Positions 24,507-34,583 of a stretch of DNA of 44,553 bases are shown here, in pieces. Source of the DNA: a virus; the UHGV virus genome UHGV-0048026; one strand, written 5' to 3'. The notes beneath the pieces are model-generated. The model worked only from the letters and a program-made list of their open reading frames with translations. It was not told the origin of the DNA and searched no databases. Positions within the stretch are counted from its first letter, which is position 1. Each line of letters opens with the position of its first letter. The position numbers were made by a program, and so were the translations under genes.

Positions 24507-24893
24507 TCAGCGTTTCAACTGAAAGTGAGGCCCGTCTTTCAGTGTTTTCCAGTCCCCACCCCATTCGATGGCAGTTCCCAGCTCTGCGGCAGCCTGCTTA
24601 AATGCCTGCGCGATTTTCTCGTACAGAGGCCAGTCCCATGACACCTGGCTGCCAATGTAGGCCACAACATCCACCGCATCACCTGTAAGGTGGCGGCTGT
24701 TCATGGTCTGGCTTTTCCCTGCCGCTACCAGCTGTTTCTGGCGATACTTACTGCGCAGACCTTCCGTGATACCAAAATCAACCTCCGTCAGCTCCAGCGC
24801 ACGGCGAACGACAGCAACCAGCTGTGGTTTGACGCCCTCCAGATTTTTTTCACTGCGACGGCTGAATCTGAATTTACCCGGCATCATATTCAC
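24507..24893 (-). CDS. endolysin, peptidase M15 (L-alanyl-D-glutamate peptidase-like)
   Basis: 128-aa ORF with SxHxxGxAxD motif (SRHLTGDAVD) and C-terminal His (GPHFQ); no TM segment. Confidence 0.8.
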   Translation of the reverse strand: MNMMPGKFRFSRRSEKNLEGVKPQLVAVVRRALELTEVDFGITEGLRSKYRQKQLVAAGKSQTMNSRHLTGDAVDVVAYIGSQVSWDWPLYEKIAQAFKQAAAELGTAIEWGGDWKTLKDGPHFQLKR

Positions 24894-25165
24894 CTCAACA
24901 ATGGAAAGATTTTTGTGACGTTCCCGCGTGCGCGTATCACCAGCACGCAGAACAGCAGGTTAAAAAACACTTCCAGCCAGCCCGTTGCTAACGGGCGACC
25001 ACACAGATAGCTGAGGGGCGCAAAGGCATACAGCAGCATCAGCAGCCAGGCCAGCCATGACATCAGCGGTTTGTGTCTGGAGTCACGACGACGATAAAAA
25101 AAGAGCGTCAGCACGATAACCGTGCATAACGCCACATTCAGCAATCCGGGAAGGTTACTTAACAT
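24890..25165 (-). CDS. small multi-TM membrane protein (holin/antiholin candidate)
   Basis: 91 aa from ATG 25165 with strong SD GGAGGAGG; hydrophobic segments; stop overlaps endolysin start (ATGA). Confidence 0.5.
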   Translation of the reverse strand: MLSNLPGLLNVALCTVIVLTLFFYRRRDSRHKPLMSWLAWLLMLLYAFAPLSYLCGRPLATGWLEVFFNLLFCVLVIRARGNVTKIFPLLR

Positions 25166-25547
25166 TGCCGCCTCCTCCACCCCGCAGGCGGGAGAACACA
25201 CCGGACACCAGTGATGCAATATCCTGCTGGTGGATGAACGACAGAATCTTCACCGACACCACCGATACCAGCACCGCACACAGCGCATCTGCCGATGTAC
25301 CGTCATACCCTGTTGTTGATGCAATCCAGGCTGACAGCACGCGCGCCCCCAGCACGCCGACGATAAACGACACCAAAAAATGCGCCACCACGCGCCAGAC
25401 TGAAATCTTCTGCGGCATCGTTGCCACAAATAACGCCCCGGCGAACGCACCAAACACAATCCCGAAATCCGTTCCGGTAAACAGCCCGAATACCGTCGCC
25501 CCGCCGAGCGCCGCAGCCGTGCCGGAACCGGATAAGGGTTCAGACAT
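25155..25547 (-). CDS. putative holin (Gly-rich multi-TM membrane protein)
   Basis: 130 aa from ATG 25547 (MSEPLSGSGTAAALGGATVFGLFTG...) with SD AGGAG; 3-4 predicted hydrophobic helices; upstream of endolysin. Confidence 0.5.
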   Translation of the reverse strand: MSEPLSGSGTAAALGGATVFGLFTGTDFGIVFGAFAGALFVATMPQKISVWRVVAHFLVSFIVGVLGARVLSAWIASTTGYDGTSADALCAVLVSVVSVKILSFIHQQDIASLVSGVFSRLRGGGGGNVK

Positions 25548-25635
25548 ACTTTTTTCTCCTGTAAATAAAAAAGGGCCACCAGCGGCCCGTAAAAACACCC
25601 CGTCAAAGGCACCCGCAGATGCCTTTTGTGTGGTG

Positions 25636-25788
25636 TTATTCAGATTTACGCAGTAAAGGCCGGAGCACGACCAGCGCCATCGCCACCAGCACACCATCTG
25701 CCAGCACCGACATCAGCCGTCCGGTGAAATCCACCGCCACTACCAGAAACAGCAGGATGGCAGCCAGCACAAGGCGCGCACTTTTCAC
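25636..25788 (-). CDS. small hydrophobic protein (50 aa, GTG start), lysis-cassette membrane component candidate
   Basis: GTG at 25788 overlaps stop of upstream gene (GTGA), SD GGAG 7 nt upstream; VKSARLVLAAILLFLVVAVDFTGRLMSVLADGVLVAMALVVLRPLLRKSE; below the 60-aa cutoff of the ORF track. Confidence 0.35.
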   Translation of the reverse strand: MKSARLVLAAILLFLVVAVDFTGRLMSVLADGVLVAMALVVLRPLLRKSE

Positions 25789-26210
25789 AGGTACTGCTCC
25801 AGCGGTAGCTGAAGCGCCTGCGCAATTTTCTTGAGCTGTGTTTCTTCATCCGGACCAATGCCATCCTGGTCAGCGATATCCAGACACAGGCACAGCACAT
25901 TAACTGCGTCATCAGTACCTGCCACGTCAGCCAGCTGACGAAGGGCTTCAGCATTGGCAGAGCGCGGCGACGCTTCATAACGGGCGCGGATATTTGCACT
26001 CATTTGTGCAATCTCACCGGAGAACGGCGCAAAGGCAGGAAGTGCTGCAATGGTTTTCTCCAGTACCGCGACTTCTTTCGCGTCACAGGTGTCGTCAGCA
26101 TATGCAATGGAATACGCGCCCCAGACGGTCGCCTCCACTGCGTCGCGGTTCTCCATCTTCTTCACTTCGGTAATGGCCTTGCGGGTTTTCTTTTTGAAAA
26201 TACCAAACAT
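25785..26210 (-). CDS. hypothetical protein, possibly TerB-like
   Basis: 141-aa ORF, SD AAGGA upstream; acidic helical protein; family assignment from recollection only. Confidence 0.45.
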   Translation of the reverse strand: MFGIFKKKTRKAITEVKKMENRDAVEATVWGAYSIAYADDTCDAKEVAVLEKTIAALPAFAPFSGEIAQMSANIRARYEASPRSANAEALRQLADVAGTDDAVNVLCLCLDIADQDGIGPDEETQLKKIAQALQLPLEQYL

Positions 26211-26582
26211 CGTGACTTTTCCTTTTAGTGGGTGAGCCTGCGCCCGGGGGTGACCAGCCCACAGAGAAAGTCACACTGACCATCCCGTAAGCTCACCCCT
26301 GAAAGGCTCTGTGGTTTTTGATGTGCGCCGGGCGTGGCGCAAAGAAATGAAATAAGACTTACCTGAAATTAAGGTTAATCTGAGGATTTAAACCATTTTT
26401 AAAGCTTAGTAATATCAACTCGTCTCCTGAAGGAGACAGATACTTATGATTCTTCATGGACTTTGTCCCGCGGCGTTAATCCGACGGCCGCGCTTTTTTT
26501 GCGCCATATTCATCGCTAACTTACATGGCATTGCCACACGGGCATTATCAGTGTCCGTGTTTCTTTTTTTAGGGTTCAGAAT

Positions 26583-26607
26583 AAAAAAAACCGCCCGGTG
26601 GAGGCGG
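26583..26607 (-). terminator. putative intrinsic terminator downstream of tRNA genes
   Basis: minus-strand CCGCC-TCCACCG-GGCGG hairpin followed by U8 (plus A8 at 26583-26590). Confidence 0.5.
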
Positions 26608-26888
26608 TAAAGGATGTATTTCCAGGTTTTGCTTAGTATATGATTAATCTCAATGTCATTTTTAGCGATGTTTACAACATCGGGATGACACATCACCGAC
26701 CCTGTCAGGAAATACAAAATCTCCACCGACAATGCGCCATTCCGATGTTATAAAAAATCAGCACTGATACCGTAATAAATAACATTCATTACAGGACGGG
26801 ATGTAGTAAGGAGTCAGGGTAAAACAAAAACATCCCACACATATAATGTGTCAGTGCCTAACACAACCTAGCATCTATTGTCCTCGGC

Positions 26889-26963
<75 letters not shown>

Positions 26964-26966
26964 ATA

Positions 26967-27042
26967 TGGTGCCGACTACCGGAATCGAACTGGCGACCCG
27001 GTGATTACAAGTCAGTTGCTTTGTCTGCTAAGTTAAATCGGC
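26967..27042 (-). tRNA. tRNA-like sequence, anticodon loop CUUGUAA (UGU, Thr-type) with mismatched stems; possibly pseudo-tRNA
   Basis: 76 nt, 3 nt from tRNA-Gly; good acceptor stem (GCCGATT/AGTCGGC), GTTCGATTC T-loop and CCA, but only 3 of 5 anticodon-stem pairs and mismatches in D and T stems. Confidence 0.4.
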
Positions 27043-27223
27043 AACGGTTCCTCGGAAAAAATAAAACGACCGATATATGCATTATTTCCCTGTCATCTCC
27101 TCGGAACTGACTATTGATATTAATGAGGGCAAACACTATTTCAATAAACATAGTGTCAATATTAGTAAATATATGTATAAATTTCTATCACTCGTGATTG
27201 ATTACAAATAATCACACACATAT

Positions 27224-28270
27224 TTAACTATTTTCTTTTATTTCGCTTACAGTCTGGTTAAATCTCTCTTCTTCCTGCTCCACACCTATTGCATGCCGTC
27301 CCAGCGATAATGCTGCTTTTATTGTTGATCCCGACCCCATAAAAAAATCAGCAACCAAATCTCCCGGATGGCTGCTGGCGGTAATTATCTGACGCAACAT
27401 ATCCGCCGGTTTCTCACAGGGATGTTTGCCGGGGTAATACTGCACAGGCTTGTGCGTCCAGACATCCGTATACGGAACAGCTGCCGATACGGAAAAATAA
27501 CGCCGCAGGGATTTGTACTCTTCCAGCAGGCTGGCATATTGCCGGTTCAGTTCACTGTATGTGCTGACCAGCTGGTGGTGCGGCTTTTCCAGTTCACCGC
27601 GTTGATGTTTTTCTGCTGCAACACGCGCAAACAACGCCTGTAATTTCAGATAATCGCCTTCGTTCGGCAACTGCCACTGACTGATACCAAACCAGTGCGA
27701 AGCCATGTTTTTCTTTCCGGTGACTTCCGCTATCTGTTTTGACGTTATACCCAGTGATTCACGCGCATCACGAAAGTAAGAAATCAGCGGAGCCATCACG
27801 TGCTGCTTAAGCTCGCGCCCCTTTGCCGCATAGCCGTCATTTTTTGGCTGATATGGCCCCTGATAATGTTCAGCAAACAGAATGCGTTCTGTTGCCGGAA
27901 AATACGCCCGCAGGCTTTCCTTGTTGCACCCGTTCCAGCGCCCGGACGGCTTCGCCCAGATAATATGGTTCAGCACATTAAAGCGCTCACGCATCATGAT
28001 TTCGATATCAGATGCCAGGCGATGACCACAGAACAGGTAGAGACTTCCGGCAGGTTTCAGTACCCGCCAGAATTGCGCCAGACACTGATCCAGCCATTTC
28101 AGGTAATCATCGTCGCCCTTCCACTGGTTATCCCAGCCCTCGGGCTTCACTTTAAAGTATGGCGGGTCTGTGACTATCAGATCGACAGAGTTTTCCGGTA
28201 AGGTCTGGATAAATTCCAGGCAATCAGCGTTGATTAACTCACAACTGGATATTTTTACAGTATTAGCCAT
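27224..28270 (-). CDS. orphan DNA methyltransferase (N6-adenine or N4-cytosine, beta-class motif order)
   Basis: 348-aa ORF; motif IV DPPY near N-terminus (LIVTDPPYF), motif I FxGxG near C-terminus (FFMGSGST); no adjacent restriction endonuclease. Confidence 0.85.
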   Translation of the reverse strand: MANTVKISSCELINADCLEFIQTLPENSVDLIVTDPPYFKVKPEGWDNQWKGDDDYLKWLDQCLAQFWRVLKPAGSLYLFCGHRLASDIEIMMRERFNVLNHIIWAKPSGRWNGCNKESLRAYFPATERILFAEHYQGPYQPKNDGYAAKGRELKQHVMAPLISYFRDARESLGITSKQIAEVTGKKNMASHWFGISQWQLPNEGDYLKLQALFARVAAEKHQRGELEKPHHQLVSTYSELNRQYASLLEEYKSLRRYFSVSAAVPYTDVWTHKPVQYYPGKHPCEKPADMLRQIITASSHPGDLVADFFMGSGSTIKAALSLGRHAIGVEQEEERFNQTVSEIKENS

Positions 28271-28410
28271 AGATCAATAAGCACTTCTCTGATAGGCTCA
28301 TACCGCTTTTGCGCAAAGCAGATGGGCCTGAGGTTTGCTTGTGACCCCAACGCATGAGCAGATGGCTGGCAGGTGCCGCTAACACCCACCAGCCGCCCAT
28401 TACCACAAAT

Positions 28411-28434
28411 TAAAAAGCCTTCACTGCGGAAGGC
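28411..28434 (-). terminator. putative intrinsic terminator overlapping the stop of the 65-aa gene
   Basis: minus-strand GCCTTC-CGCAGT-GAAGGC hairpin followed by UUUUUAAUUU. Confidence 0.5.
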
Positions 28435-28618
28435 GTCTGTAACAACCGAACTGATAATCTGCCAGACCCGCCATAACAAGCTGAGTCAGTATTAACTGGC
28501 AGCGTTCGCGTGAAAGGTAAGTATTCTGCGCAATTTCCCCGACGGTCGCTGGTTCGGTGACACTTAATTCATTAAATACCACTCTGGCGGTTTCGGTCAT
28601 ATCCTGCTGTTTTAGCAT
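28421..28618 (-). CDS. small hypothetical protein (65 aa), possible winged-helix regulator
   Basis: ORF with SD AAGGA; own terminator; divergent from porin gene before IS5 insertion; fold assignment is a guess. Confidence 0.45.
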   Translation of the reverse strand: MLKQQDMTETARVVFNELSVTEPATVGEIAQNTYLSRERCQLILTQLVMAGLADYQFGCYRRLPQ

Positions 28619-28875
28619 GTCTTTTTCCTTTTCTGGTTAACGTGACATACCAATAACTCTTGTCTAAAAAGCCAGCAAGCTGAAAGACCGGTATTCGCAA
28701 CCACCAGCGCATTTAACGTCCTGTACCGCTTTTCGGGCACAAAAAAAACCGCTCATCGGCGGGTTTAAGCTGTGTGACGTAGTAATCACTCTTAACATCA
28801 TATTTAAATTTTTACGTACGTAAACCTGTACGTATAACTTTATATTATAAAAATGCAACAACTATAATATTTTAG

Positions 28876-30070
<1,195 letters not shown>

Positions 30071-30220
30071 TTAGATATTTTAGATATTTTAGATATTTTA
30101 GATATTTTAGATATTTTAGATATTTTAGATATTTTAGATATTTTAGATATTTTAGATGTTTTAGATGTTTTAGATGTTTTAGATGTTTTAGATGTTTTAG
30201 ATATTTTAGATATTTTAGAT
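30071..30220. repeat. 9-bp tandem repeat array, about 16.5 copies (TTAGATATT x9, TTAGATGTT x5, TTAGATATT x2, partial)
   Basis: perfect head-to-tail 9-mers read directly from sequence; first unit supplies the IS5 target duplication; array ends about 180 bp upstream of porin ATG. Confidence 0.95.
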
Positions 30221-30399
30221 AAATACTGCATTGAAAATTATCACCAATATTTAACACCACACATAAATGTGATATTGATCACACTATAAACCCTTAAATA
30301 AACCCCATATCTTGAAATAACAGTACCGATTAGATGTATATTTAAGTTGCAGCGACATCATTTTTTAATAATAGTTCCCAAAAGGACTAAGGATTCATA

Positions 30400-31482
30400 A
30401 TGAAAAAATTAACAGTGGCAATCTCTGCTGTAGCAGCATCAGTATTGATAGCTATGTCCGCTCAGGCAGCTGAGATTTATAACAAAGACAGCAATAAATT
30501 AGATCTGTACGGAAAAGTTAATGCCGGGCACTACTTCTCCTCTAACGATAAACACGATGGTGACAAAACTTATGCTCGTCTGGGATTCAAAGGTGAAACC
30601 CAAATCAACGATAAACTGACTGGTTTCGGTCAGTGGGAATATGAATTCAAAGGCAACCATGCTGAATCTCAAGGTTCCTCCGCAGACAAAACCCGTCTTG
30701 CGTTTGCTGGTCTGAAATTCGGCGACTACGGCTCCATCGATTATGGTCGTAACTACGGTGTAGCATACGATATCGGTGCATGGACTAACGTTCTGCCAGA
30801 ATTCGGTGGCGATACCTGGACTCAAACAGATGTATTCATGACTGATCGCACCACAGGTGTTGCAACTTATCGTAACAACGACTTATTTGGTCTGGTTGAT
30901 GGTCTGAACTTTGCTGCTCAGTATCAGGGTAAAAATGACCGCACTGACGTAACTCAAGCTAATGGTGATGGTTTCGGTTTCTCCACTACTTATGAGTATG
31001 AAGGATTCGGCGTAGGTGCAACCTATGCTAAATCTGACCGCACTAATAATCAGGTTATCTACGGTAACAACAGCCTGAATGCATCTGGTCAAAATGCTGA
31101 AGTATGGGCAGCTGGTCTGAAATATGATGCGAGCAACATCTATCTGGCTACTACCTATTCTGAAACCCAAAACATGACTGTTTTTGGTAAAAACCATATT
31201 GCCAACAAAGCACAAAACTTCGAAGTAGTTGCACAATATCAGTTCGACTTCGGTCTGCGTCCGTCCGTTGCTTACCTGCAATCTAAAGGTAAAGACCTTG
31301 GCGTTTTTGGTGACCAAGATTTAGTCAAATATGTTGATGTAGGTGCAACCTATTATTTCAACAAAAATATGTCAACTTTTGTTGATTACAAAATCAACCT
31401 ACTTGACAAAAATGATTTCACCAGAAATCTTGATATAAACGCCGACGATATTGTTGCTGTCGGTATGGTTTACCAGTTCTAA
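30400..31482 (+). CDS. outer membrane porin, Lc/NmpC (OmpC/OmpF family)-like, intact
   Basis: 360-aa ORF with signal peptide [39 protein letters not shown] mature N-terminus and C-terminal ...VYQF; SD AAGGA 7 nt upstream. Confidence 0.92.
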   Translation: MKKLTVAISAVAASVLIAMSAQAAEIYNKDSNKLDLYGKVNAGHYFSSNDKHDGDKTYARLGFKGETQINDKLTGFGQWEYEFKGNHAESQGSSADKTRLAFAGLKFGDYGSIDYGRNYGVAYDIGAWTNVLPEFGGDTWTQTDVFMTDRTTGVATYRNNDLFGLVDGLNFAAQYQGKNDRTDVTQANGDGFGFSTTYEYEGFGVGATYAKSDRTNNQVIYGNNSLNASGQNAEVWAAGLKYDASNIYLATTYSETQNMTVFGKNHIANKAQNFEVVAQYQFDFGLRPSVAYLQSKGKDLGVFGDQDLVKYVDVGATYYFNKNMSTFVDYKINLLDKNDFTRNLDINADDIVAVGMVYQF

Positions 31483-31620
31483 TTTTTTTATTAACAAGAT
31501 ATGTTGTGAGGAGATATTTATCTTCCACAACATGTAGGTGATGCCCTCACATCACTGCATTCAGAAAGACATTTTTGTCTTTTCTTTTTAACCTTCTGTT
31601 ATTTATTACCCTAAACTCTT

Positions 31621-31644
31621 GGGGCGTTTTTGCGCCCCTTTTTT
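31621..31644 (+). terminator. intrinsic terminator downstream of porin gene
   Basis: GGGGCG-TTTTTG-CGCCCC hairpin followed by T6. Confidence 0.6.
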
Positions 31645-31669
31645 ATTCAATTTTGCCAGCAAACGTTAG

Positions 31670-32053
31670 TCAATAACACCTAACAACTTCGCGATCCATC
31701 TCGAGACGAACATCCAATGCCATCAACATTCCTTCGACTATTCCTTCAGCCTTCTGAAGTTTTTTTCCTATATATCCATCAGAACAATGATGCTTACAGG
31801 CCAGTGCCATGAACGTCATACCAACCACATAATAATCTATCAGCAAATCATGCAAATCACTGTTGTTCTTTTTCAGACGAGCCATGCAACCACAGATAAC
31901 CATTGCGTCATCATCACAACATTGCGGGCGTGACTTAACCTTTGACGGAATCAGTCCTTTGAATCCCGCAGCAATCGGTGACCAGGTAACATCCTCGTGG
32001 TTATTTGCCACCCATGCCCCCCAACGCTCAAGAACCATCTGGATATCACGCAT
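31670..32053 (-). CDS. late-gene antiterminator Q-like protein (small, DLP12 QuuD-type)
   Basis: 127-aa ORF, Cys/His-rich ([16 protein letters not shown]...ACKHHCSDG), located last in early-right operon immediately before a TTGACT -35-like element; family call from recollection. Confidence 0.7.
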   Translation of the reverse strand: MRDIQMVLERWGAWVANNHEDVTWSPIAAGFKGLIPSKVKSRPQCCDDDAMVICGCMARLKKNNSDLHDLLIDYYVVGMTFMALACKHHCSDGYIGKKLQKAEGIVEGMLMALDVRLEMDREVVRCY

Positions 32054-32310
32054 CAGCGCAGTACCTCCTGCACCAGCTTTTCAAACTTCCCAACCTTGGT
32101 TTCCAGCTCTGCCACACAGTCCACCAGCTCATCCACTGCTTTTTGTGCGCGATGTTTTGCTTGCATCAGTTCCCTGAGCGCTGGCACCATATCCCGACGA
32201 ATGGCATCTTTTGTTACACCTGTTTTTTCCAGTTGTTCCGCCTGTCGCAACATTTCCTGTGCCTGTTTACGTAATTGTTCAGGGGTAAAAGTCATTGTCT
32301 GGTTGTTCAA
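32053..32310 (-). CDS. hypothetical coiled-coil protein (85 aa)
   Basis: ORF translationally coupled to helicase (ATGA) and Q; helical, K/E/Q-rich. Confidence 0.5.
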   Translation of the reverse strand: MNNQTMTFTPEQLRKQAQEMLRQAEQLEKTGVTKDAIRRDMVPALRELMQAKHRAQKAVDELVDCVAELETKVGKFEKLVQEVLR

Positions 32311-33698
32311 AAGAAACGCTCCATCTTACTGCTGTCAGTTCGTTTGTTGCTGTATCTGCGCGGCTGAGGCTGCTGCATTGGGGTGGAAAGAATCTGTGCG
32401 CTTTCCTGATCCACAGGCAGAAAATGTCCGTTATAAAAACGCCGATAAATCGTCCCCAGAGAACCGTTACGTTGTTTCGTGATATTGATTTCTGCGATGC
32501 CCCTGGCCTGCGTATCCGGGTTGTACACTTCATCCCTGTAAAGCATCAGAATGATGTCTGCATCCGCCTCTATTTCTCCGGAATTTTTCAGGTCTGAGTT
32601 CATGGGGCGTTTATTGGGTCTGGACTCCACACCGCGGGAGAGCTGGCTCAGCGCAATCAACGGAAAACCACCGGATTTTGCCAGGCCTTTAAGCCCCTTT
32701 GAGATTTCACCCACGGCAAGGTCATGACGCCCCGTGGTTCGGGTTTTTATCAGTCCGAGATAATCAACCACCACCAGCGCCGTTTCCGGATGTTTAATCA
32801 GGTGGTGTTTCGTTGTTGCGCATATCTCGTCAATGGTCAGGTTCGCCTGGTCCACCATCCAGATATTGCGCCCGGTCATCCGCCCCACTCCTTGTGAGAA
32901 ACGTGCCCAGTCTTCGTCTTCAAAGTGAGTGACAGATTTCAGGCGTGATACCGGCATTCCTCCAGCCGCAGATACCATGCGTTCACCAATCTGGATGTTC
33001 GCCATTTCCATTGTGAACAGAAGAACACCATGCCCCTGCTCAGTCACCTTGTCGATGATATCCAGCGCCAGTTCGGTTTTGCCCATCGAAGGACGTGCAG
33101 CAATAAATACCAGGTCGCCAGGCTCCATGCCGCCCGTTTTTGCGTCCAGTTCATCAATACCGGTCATCAACGTTCTGGATTTTTCCAGTCCCTGATTCCG
33201 GCATTCAACACGCTCAACCACTTCCGGAAGCACATCATCAATATGTACCGGCTGAATAACGCCCTTTTCCGTCGACAATGAGGCCATCATGTTCTGCGCA
33301 TCCTTCAGGGCATCTTCAGCTGCTTCACAGGTATGCGCATCACGTAATTTCTGCAGCGCCTCATTCAGTGTTTTTTCTGCATCGCGCAATGCGGCATTGC
33401 GTCGCAACGCTGCAACATAGTGCTCCAGTGAAGACTTCACCCAAGTTTTACGCCCAGTATCAGTAATCACCGGAGCAAGTTCCGGCATCTCATTGCACAG
33501 CAGCACAGGATCAATCACACCTGAAACACGAGCCTGTCTGCAGATGCCTGTGTAGATATCCCTATACGCTCGTACAGAAAAAACGTCCGCAGGTAGTGTG
33601 GCCAGAATATCCATCACTTCAGGATCTGCCCCACGCAGAAAGAACGCGCCAATGACAGCGCCTTCCAGGTCATCGTTACGCCAGACTGGGGTTGTCAT
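32307..33698 (-). CDS. replicative DNA helicase, DnaB-like
   Basis: about 463 aa from ATG 33698 (overlaps upstream stop, ATGA); Walker A GxxxGKT-type motif (ARPSMGKTELALD), RecA-like core, C-terminal helicase motifs. Confidence 0.88.
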   Translation of the reverse strand: MTTPVWRNDDLEGAVIGAFFLRGADPEVMDILATLPADVFSVRAYRDIYTGICRQARVSGVIDPVLLCNEMPELAPVITDTGRKTWVKSSLEHYVAALRRNAALRDAEKTLNEALQKLRDAHTCEAAEDALKDAQNMMASLSTEKGVIQPVHIDDVLPEVVERVECRNQGLEKSRTLMTGIDELDAKTGGMEPGDLVFIAARPSMGKTELALDIIDKVTEQGHGVLLFTMEMANIQIGERMVSAAGGMPVSRLKSVTHFEDEDWARFSQGVGRMTGRNIWMVDQANLTIDEICATTKHHLIKHPETALVVVDYLGLIKTRTTGRHDLAVGEISKGLKGLAKSGGFPLIALSQLSRGVESRPNKRPMNSDLKNSGEIEADADIILMLYRDEVYNPDTQARGIAEINITKQRNGSLGTIYRRFYNGHFLPVDQESAQILSTPMQQPQPRRYSNKRTDSSKMERFF

Positions 33699-34582
33699 GC
33701 AGCCACACCTCTGATACGAGAACGGTAGCTGGGCCAGTTGAACGACAACCAGTTGCGCCCCCCGTCTGTGATCCTGTCGGCAATGCGGGGGCTGATGAAC
33801 ACCCACAACTCTTCCGGTGAAAGGTTGCTGATCAGAATGGTGGGCAGGATACTTTCGTACCGGGCATTGATAATTTCCTGCAAAATAGCCATTTCAGCCG
33901 CGCTGCCAAACTGAACACCAACTTCGTCGATGATCAGCAAATCCATTGACGCATAATGCTCAATAACTTCATCCGCTGTTTTTTCGCTGTCATTCCGCCA
34001 GCAGTTTTTCACAGCACGGGTAAGGCGCATCACGTCGGTGATCTCCACACTGGCCAGATAGTTACGGATGATGTGTTTTGCCATTGATACCGCCAGATGA
34101 TTTTTCCCGGTTCCGCAACTACCAGTCATAACAAGACTGGTACCGTTCTCCAGCATATCTGGCCAGTTCTCCGCATAGCGGCGACAGGCCGCAAGATTTC
34201 TGGCTGCGTCAGGATTAACCTCCAGATAATTATCAAACTCGCAGTCCCGAAAACGCAGGGCAATTCCGGCGTTATCAGTCAGCTCTTCCGCCTTGAGGGA
34301 CGACAGCTCCATGGTCAAATCGTTGGCCTCAGCGATCAAGCAGTCAGGGCAGCATGAAATTTTTTCTCTGTCCTCGCCATTACGATCGCTCCACACCAGT
34401 ATATGCGTACTGTATTTACCGTGTTTTTCGCAATATCCGCGGCCTTCACGCATCAGGCAGGAACGATAAGGCCATGGCTTTTCGCCCTTCTGAGCAAATG
34501 CAATCTCTGCCCGTAACTCATCCATTCGCGCCTGTAGTCTTTTTTGTTGTTCACGCAGGTTAAACGTCATCATCGCTGTCAC
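33695..34582 (-). CDS. DnaC-like helicase loader (AAA+ ATPase)
   Basis: 295-aa ORF; Walker A GSCGTGKNHLA, Walker B LLIIDEVG; upstream of helicase. Confidence 0.85.
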   Translation of the reverse strand: MTAMMTFNLREQQKRLQARMDELRAEIAFAQKGEKPWPYRSCLMREGRGYCEKHGKYSTHILVWSDRNGEDREKISCCPDCLIAEANDLTMELSSLKAEELTDNAGIALRFRDCEFDNYLEVNPDAARNLAACRRYAENWPDMLENGTSLVMTGSCGTGKNHLAVSMAKHIIRNYLASVEITDVMRLTRAVKNCWRNDSEKTADEVIEHYASMDLLIIDEVGVQFGSAAEMAILQEIINARYESILPTILISNLSPEELWVFISPRIADRITDGGRNWLSFNWPSYRSRIRGVAA

Positions 34583-34583
34583 C

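Noticed and set aside
26446-26610. 54-aa plus-strand ORF with AGGAG SD buried in a palindrome (possible type I toxin-like peptide)
   Set aside because: Attractive but unsupported: a hairpin plus T-run lies inside the ORF and the peptide is only partly hydrophobic; kept as part of the structured-spacer finding rather than called as a gene
26454-26732. 92-aa minus-strand ORF in the tRNA-lysis spacer
   Set aside because: Spans the predicted intrinsic terminator at 26583-26607, has no SD and an odd composition; more likely non-coding
27568-27575. Chi octamer GCTGGTGG inside the methyltransferase gene
   Set aside because: A single occurrence in 44 kb is within chance expectation and its orientation relative to cos-initiated RecBCD entry was not evaluated
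30071-30220. Possibility that the tandem array is a CRISPR array
   Set aside because: Units are 9 bp, directly abutting with no unique spacers and no cas genes; it is a simple tandem repeat
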